This document shows, one piece after another, positions 56,829 to 64,000 of a DNA stretch of 64,000 nucleotides. Source of the stretch: Eledone cirrhosa. Taxonomy: Eukaryota. The position numbers and the translations under genes were made by a program. How positions within the stretch are numbered: the stretch's first letter is position 1; every line of letters starts with the position of its first letter. The notes beneath the pieces are model-generated. The model did no database searches, had not been told where the DNA came from, and saw only the letters and a program-made list of their open reading frames with translations. The stretch covers positions 328,786,001 to 328,850,000 of the forward strand of contig OZ024741.1 of NCBI GenBank assembly GCA_964016885.1. Direction: 5' to 3'.

Positions 56829-57028
56829 NNNNNNNNNNNNNNNNNNNNNNNNNNNNNNNNNNNNNNNNNNNNNNNNNNNNNNNNNNNNNNNNNNNNNNNN
56901 NNNNNNNNNNNNNNNNNNNNNNNNNNNNNNNNNNNNNNNNNNNNNNNNNNNNNNNNNNNNNNNNNNNNNNNNNNNNNNNNNNNNNNNNNNNNNNNNNNNN
57001 NNNNNNNNNNNNNNNNNNNNNNNNNNNN
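56829..57028. other. Assembly gap (200 N)
   Basis: Run of n. Confidence 1.
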
Positions 57029-57321
57029 ACCATATTTATATATATATATATACATATATTTATTTATTTATATATATATATTTATATATTTATTTATATA
57101 TATATATATATATACATATATACATATATGTCTGAGGAAGGCATACCATATTTTTAATATGATATCCCTGAAATATATATAATGAAATAAATATGGTTTT
57201 ATAAATATAGTTTCCATTTGTTTAATATCGTAAATCTACTCCAAAACTTGTTGAGTGCTTTTATATCAGTTATAAAATATTTACTCGTTGTAACCCAACA
57301 ATTTTTTAATAAAACTTCTGC

Positions 57322-57493
<172 letters not shown>

Positions 57494-58477
57494 TTATTCA
57501 GAAGAAGAAGAAATGAAGACATTCACATAATCAAAATATGTTTTATTATATGTATTTCGAAGGTACTGTGTTGTTTTTTCAGGTACCCAGCTTCGCCAAG
57601 GTTAACAAAGGCTAAGAAAAGACCGGCAGAAGATAAAACGTCTCTATTGAATGCATTGTCTTGTTTACAGTGTGTGTGTATTGTGTGAGTGTGTGTATGT
57701 GTATGTTTGAGTGTGTTTGTGTATACATATATATGAGTGTGTGTTTGTGTGTGTGTCTGTGTGTCTGTGTGTATGTGTGTGTGTGTGTATGTGTGTAAAC
57801 CACCGTTGGAATCGGAGACATAGGCCGCCAAACACGATCATCACTGACAACGAACTCGCAGAGAGAATCCCTTATGGTTGATTCCCAGCCTGCTAGATAT
57901 AGCAGTCAGGTTGGTTAGCGTACGTGGTATGTCTTTCTTCTTCTTTGGTGTTATAAAATTAGTATCAATTAACTTTCCTGGACATACTCTTTCCTGGATA
58001 TACTCCCAATTCTGTACATACTTTCCGCTTGTCACTTTCGTTTTTTTTCGTGTGATACGCGAAGGAAACAACCAACAAACATCTCTCTTTTATATCTCTT
58101 TTATTTGTTCATTTAAAATATTTTTCAGCTAATTCTGTCGTACAATAAACATCAGCAATCGTTATAATAATGTTTAAAACCAAGAATAGCTGCGATATAT
58201 GCACCATATCAATCAAAAACGATATAAGAATTGAATACCATACTAAACCGCCAGTAAGCTTGCTAAGAACCTGCAGATAGAAATGTTAATAAATACAACA
58301 TTTGGCTTGGGTAAACTTTAAGATGTTCTTTCATTGTAGATTTCTTTTCTCAGCTAGTACGTTAAAGAAAATTGATAATTACAACAACAAAGGTTGAATA
58401 GAGGACACATTTTTTAACAAACTTTACAATAATTTGTAAAACCATAATGGAAATTCCAAGTAACAGAAAATACATAA

Positions 58478-58672
58478 ATTACATTGTTAGAGCCTCAGAG
58501 TATACAATATCTTTTGTTCGGCCCTCGGGAGCAAATATGAAGAGATTGTTTGGCGAGCTCAACCTAGAGCATCCTACATACAATTGACCATGGTTTTCCC
58601 AGATGAAAGCCAGCCACTTTTAGGATTTGAGCCTGAGGTTTGTTGATGGTAATCGCGAAGCTTAGTCTCTCT
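58478..58672 (-). pseudogene. Helitron RepHel PIF1-like helicase C-terminal remnant
   Basis: RLSFAITINKPQAQILKVAGFHL, then after a frameshift HGQLYVGCSR...GRTKDIVYSEAL*, matching Helitron AMTINKSQGQ/HGQLYVA.SRV/TKNIVY.EAL motifs. Confidence 0.75.
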
Positions 58673-59935
58673 GTTGCTCTAGTAATATTATTTTCTTCTG
58701 GAAAATATGATCTTGCGGCCAGGCTATGACTTTTTGGGTGGCATTTCGGCAGTAACAATGACGATAAGCCGTCTGTGCTTTCGTGAAATAAATACGTTTG
58801 TTTATATTTTGTTGTTGTGTATGCAAAAATATCTGTACACGAATATATAATTATATATATATTAAAATAACAGATTAAAGTTTAAGCAAAGAATCATTGC
58901 TTTCACCCTCAACGGGATCTCTGAAACTAAAAAAATCAATCTGTGAACGCAGAAGTAAATATTTTGAAAAATGTTGTAACCAGAAGAAAACAGGAAGATG
59001 ATACTTTGGTTCGTGAGACTTTAGGAACTTCGTATAACAAGAAGTGTTGACATTTGAAATTTTAAAGAAGAATATTTAAATAATGTCTTTAATCTTTTAA
59101 CAAAATTCAGTAGACAAAAATACCCTCACTTTCTTACTTGGAAAAATTTACATCTATGGTGCAAAATTGGTGCCGTTTGGTCGAAAGTTTGTTACTTACA
59201 TACGGCCATCAGTTTTATAGTATAGATACACTCAGGCACACATACACACATACACATACACACACAGGCACACATATACACATACATACACAAAGAGACA
59301 CACACACAAACATACACACACACCCGCACATATTATATATATAATATATATATATATGGAGAGAGAGATATGTATATATATATATATGTATATATATATA
59401 TGTATGTATATATATATATGTGTGTGGGGGGAGGGGGTGTCTACACAAATATATACATATATCAACCAAATTTCTTCAACAGAAGATAATATAAGAATAG
59501 CTTCATCGACTTCTCTCTTTAAGCTGCATTATATCAAAATCAAATCAGGTATAAAAACATAGGAAGAAGACAAAGGAGAGAAAAAATCACTAGAAAATAA
59601 AATAGGAAAAAAAGAGCGCAAATTGTGGTATAAAAACGATGATCGTAATAATAGGGAAACATCTCATGCCGATATCTAATTTATCTTTTATAATATCTTG
59701 AACAATATAGCTGCCATTCACTTAAAGATGACATTATATAGAAAGTCCCGTAAGAAAGAAAAAATAAATCGGTGTACGATACTTATATACTATAGACAAA
59801 TACGTACTTAATAGCTCATGCATATTCCTAGAATTATAATATAATATATATTTCCATAGATGGAGGCATACACCAACACTAATGTATTTTGTAAAGCTAT
59901 CTGTTCATATCTGTCTATCTATCTATATATGTATG

Positions 59936-60012
<77 letters not shown>

Positions 60013-60187
60013 ATATATATATGTGTGCCTATATATATATATATATATGTGTGTGTATATATATATGTGTGCCTATATATATATAGTTTGTGTATATATA
60101 TATATATATATGTGTGTATATATATGTGTGTGTATATATATATATATATATATTAATAAATGGAAACTATATTTATAAAACCATATT

Positions 60188-60253
60188 TATTTTATTATAT
60201 ATATTTCAAGGGCGACCAAGGTAAATTATGGTGCGCTTTCATCAGATAAAATA
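60188..60253 (-). ncRNA. Canonical minimal hammerhead ribozyme (same family, different stem II)
   Basis: Minus strand UAUUUUAU-CUGAUGA-AAGCGCACCA-UAAUUUACCU-UGGUCGCCCUU-GAAA-UAUAUA-UA-AUAAAAUA. Confidence 0.75.
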
Positions 60254-60645
60254 CAGATTTGTTTTATAAATAGAAATTGACATACCTGGAAAAAAGACAA
60301 CCTCAACAGTTGAAATTTCAACCGTTGAGGTTGTCTTTTTTCCAAGGCCTTTTCTTAATCAAAAGGCCAGGAGCAAAAGAAGAGAAAAAAGAAGAGAAAG
60401 GAGAAGGAAAAATAAGGAAAAGAGGAAGAAGAACAAAGGGGGAAAGGTGGTGAGGAGAGAAGAAGAAAGAGAAAAAAGGGAGAAAAAAACAGGTGAACAG
60501 ACCACATCGTGCGGGGGGGGGGGGGGGGCAGAGGAAAATGGAGCCGGGGAAAAATAGGATAAATAAGTTATAGCAAACCGGGTGGACATAAATCTGGAGG
60601 AATGCGCTAAGTAAAAGCCAGTGTGATCGTTTCAACTCAGTCGTA

Positions 60646-60690
<45 letters not shown>

Positions 60691-61031
60691 AACCGGAAAT
60701 GAGAGGGAAAAGGGAAAGGGAGTTAATCCGAAAAGGTTTTACGATAGTTGTACAACGTGTCGTAAACATTCGACATCCGAATGATTAAAAAATGTCAGCA
60801 GCGCACCCAGGCGTCATGTTCTGAGTGCGCCCCTCAGAGTTTACGAAGTTAAGTGCCGAAACACTTGCATGTGGGTGATTTATTCTCTGGAAACTTGCTA
60901 CTACCCAGCTCTTCTCAGAGATTCTTACCGTTATAGTTAGAGGAATAACCAGCCATTGTATTTTACTAGTACGTTACTTATTATTATCACAGTCCCTTAA
61001 AATAGTCATATATTATTGTATGTACAAGCTT

Positions 61032-61158
61032 TCCAGCATAGTTACGTCCCCTTACGATCTGAGTTCAAATCCCGCCGAGGTTGACTTTGCCTTTCATCCT
61101 TACGGGGTCGATAAAATGAAGTACCAGTAATGCTGGCCTTGTGCCAATAGTAGAAACA
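61032..61158 (+). mobile_element. 5'-truncated SINE with 20-bp TSD
   Basis: ATTATTGTATGTACAAGCTT at 61012-61031 and 61159-61178. Confidence 0.9.
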
Positions 61159-63551
61159 ATTATTGTATGTACAAGCTTCTATAGATGCACATTTATGTCG
61201 TGGTGTCTACCATGATGGATGTTGATATGTTAGTTCTCCATGTAGAGTGTCTGCAATCATCTCATATATGTATATTTCTGTGCGCCTATATACATAACTG
61301 TGCGTGTATACACACGCACACACACACACACTCACACACACATACACACACACACACACGCATATATATAAATGTGTGTGTGTGTTTATATGTCTGCGTG
61401 TGTGTGTGTGTACGTCTCTATATACATGTACGTATATAAGTATGTATGCATGCATATATATATAAATCTTTATATCTGTGTATTTATCTATTACTCTCTC
61501 TATATATATATGTGTGTGTACGTCTCTATATGCATGTATGTATATATGTGTGTGTGTGTACGTCTCTATATGCATGTATGTATATAAGTATGTATGTATG
61601 TATATATATATATAAATCTTTATATCTGTTTCTATCTATTTCTCTCTATATATATATCTGTGTGTGTGCGTGTGTATGTATGTGTACCTATGTATGTGTA
61701 CCTCTGTATGTGTGAATAGAAACTACACAATATCTCTTCATGTGTTTGTATTTCCTGTAGATGGATTTAGCCTACAATCCTCTCCGTATTCACTAAAATT
61801 CCAACTTTAGACTTCCGTAGTAATTTATTCTCTATTGCAATCGCTTCTCTCTTCCTGCTTCCAAATCTGTCTTCAGTACTTTCTAAGAATATGATTCCCA
61901 ATGTAATTATTCTGTTTTCCTTTTCTATCTATATTTTAATAACTTCTCCTTTAAAATGAGACTTCTTCCCCATGGTATTATTTATTTCAAAATCCCATAC
62001 CTTATCGTTGGCAGTCGTTTCGGGAAATGGTTAGAGAGTCAAAGAAAATACCTGGAGTTGAGATAATTGTTTTGAATTCGAATACCAGTGTGCTCAAGTT
62101 TATTTTCCATCATTCAGTTCATTCTTTTCACATTGCATTTCTCTCGGTCCTCCAGGGTCATAGGGCCTCTGTAGCTACGAACATCTCATCAATATATGCT
62201 GCAAGCCTGGATACGAGTTGTCATGTACAGGACCTTTTCCAGGTGTTATCCTCCCTTTATTTTCTTCTTGTATCTTTGACTTCTCTTTCTCTTAACTGTT
62301 GTGTTGAAGCTAGTTTAAACAATTTAATCTCATCAGCTGACTGTACCATTATATTTATTTCAGTAGTTTGGAGGTATTCGTAGTTTCCCACGTGTCTGAT
62401 GGCCATACGAATACTTTTGCTGTTCATGTGTTCCATGTAGAAGATACCCATAATTTTTATAAAGCATATATTTTCAAATTTCAAATACCAGTACATTCTT
62501 CTGTAATCCCGCAGCGATCGTTCACAATTCACAGGCATACATAAAATTGTAGAGTACTACAGTAGGCACAAGTTTCAGTTTAGCTTTACATGTTTCATAA
62601 ACTACAACAACATTCAAGAGCGATCGATTAGCGGAATAGTTAGAGCATTTGACAAACCTCTTTACTACAGTAGCAGTCTCAGATGTTTAGGTCCTTAGTT
62701 AACCTGCAATGCCACTTTCCATATACAACCTCACCACACACAAACACCACGAACAATTGATTACACAGGTCTGCAGATAATGGGTGTTAGAAATTTGAAA
62801 AATAATTTGAAAAGAATATTGATGGAGCCTGCACTAATAACAGAATGGATGATAAAATCAACACAGATGCAACATAAGAGAATTGTCATACGACACCTTC
62901 CAGGAGTTTAAAACCTGGCATGAAGAATTTTCCATTATTACTATGACGTTTTGTGACTTAGTACAAATCACGTGGCTACGACAACGCTATTGGGATGGTA
63001 TGGTATGGTATCGAGGGAGTTGTAGGGGTGACATATTGACATAAACATTTTAAAGGGAATTTTTTAACCTGACGGAGCTCATCCCTTCCGTAGGCCTGAG
63101 TATAGCAGATTTATCCCAGTACTGGACTGGCACTTTTTTATCGACCTCGAATGGATGAGAGGCAAACTTCACCTCGGTGGAACTCAGAAAAAAGAGAGCC
63201 AGAACGAATACTGCAAATCACTGAATACGAAGATCTAATGACACGACGCCTATTACTATTCTCCTTGTCTGATGATGGATTAAAGTGGAAATTGTAAGTT
63301 GGAAAGCCGAAGGACAGACGGATGTAGGAACGTTATTGTTAAAAAAAAGAGCTAATAAATAAATATGAAATGTCCTTATTAATAAAAGTTGAAATTCAAA
63401 TGCAGTCATATCTTTAACATATTAAACACACACATACACTCATTTCAATATACATTCAGACGCATACACACACATACATATTTGTAACAATGCTAGCACA
63501 CTATATAAGGATAAATGAAAGAATATACATATATATATATATATATATAGT

Positions 63552-63993
63552 GAAAGAATATCATAGTCGGCTGTACAACAAGGGTCTTTATTTCAGGTAT
63601 TAACAATTGTTTCATTGATCAGGTGAGTCTAGAGGCCTCTAATCGCTCGACGTTGCGTCACTCGATCTCCATTACATTATTTACCTCTGACCAATTCCTT
63701 AGAATACGAATAATTCATACATGGCATGATATATATAGAGAAATAGCGTATAATAAAAACAATAACAGCAATAATAAAATATATGAAAAAATAGGTAAAG
63801 AAGTTACAGATGTAAAAAGTAAAAAATAAGAAAAAAGATACAGTAAAAAGGTAAGAAAATGGAAAAATAATAAAAATATAAAGAAATAAGGATAAGTGAG
63901 AGCATATAAGTACAGAATATAATAACCACTATCATATTCTGTACCACCTGAAATAAAGCCCCTTGTTGTACAGCCGACCATGTTATTCTTCAT
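63552..63993. repeat. ~440-bp segment bounded by ~45-bp inverted repeats
   Basis: AAGAATATCATAGTCGGCTGTACAACAAGGGTCTTTATTTCAGGT vs ACCTGAAATAAAGCCCTTGTTGTACAGCCGACCATGTTATTCTT. Confidence 0.75.
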
Positions 63994-64000
63994 TCTTTCA

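Noticed and set aside
61780-62540. Non-repetitive stretch with ORFs 62027-62383 and 62257-62538
   Set aside because: No recognisable domain or convincing exon structure; it could be a decayed element

Overview
This is eukaryotic, AT-rich and repeat-saturated DNA with no recognisable host protein-coding exon. The dominant tRNA-derived SINE and the huge (TA)n/(CA)n arrays suggest an octopod cephalopod genome (inference). Recognisable elements are: the 3' part of an L1/Tx1-like LINE (1-2013); a full-length decayed Chapaev3-type DNA transposon with TIRs and a TTA TSD (10493-12660); a near-complete Neptune-type Penelope-like element (PLE) with tandem and inverted pseudo-LTRs (25862-32660); two further PLE RT/GIY-YIG relics (13067-14460, 46790-48840); mariner and Helitron remnants; about 15 young SINE copies; minisatellites; and a ~3.45 kb triplicated block beside an N gap. 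The most notable hidden layer is a dense set of hammerhead-ribozyme (HHR) motifs of the minimal type-I kind associated with PLEs. Some are canonical, some have very long stem II insertions, and some have a UUGAAAA core, i.e. a compensatory U3-A8 replacement of the C3-G8 pair. They sit in small non-coding, partially tandem or inverted, retrozyme-like elements inserted into (TA)n tracts, and one of these is physically fused to the pLTR of the Neptune element. Most ORFs in the supplied track are microsatellite artefacts. All structure calls were made by eye and need computational and biochemical confirmation.
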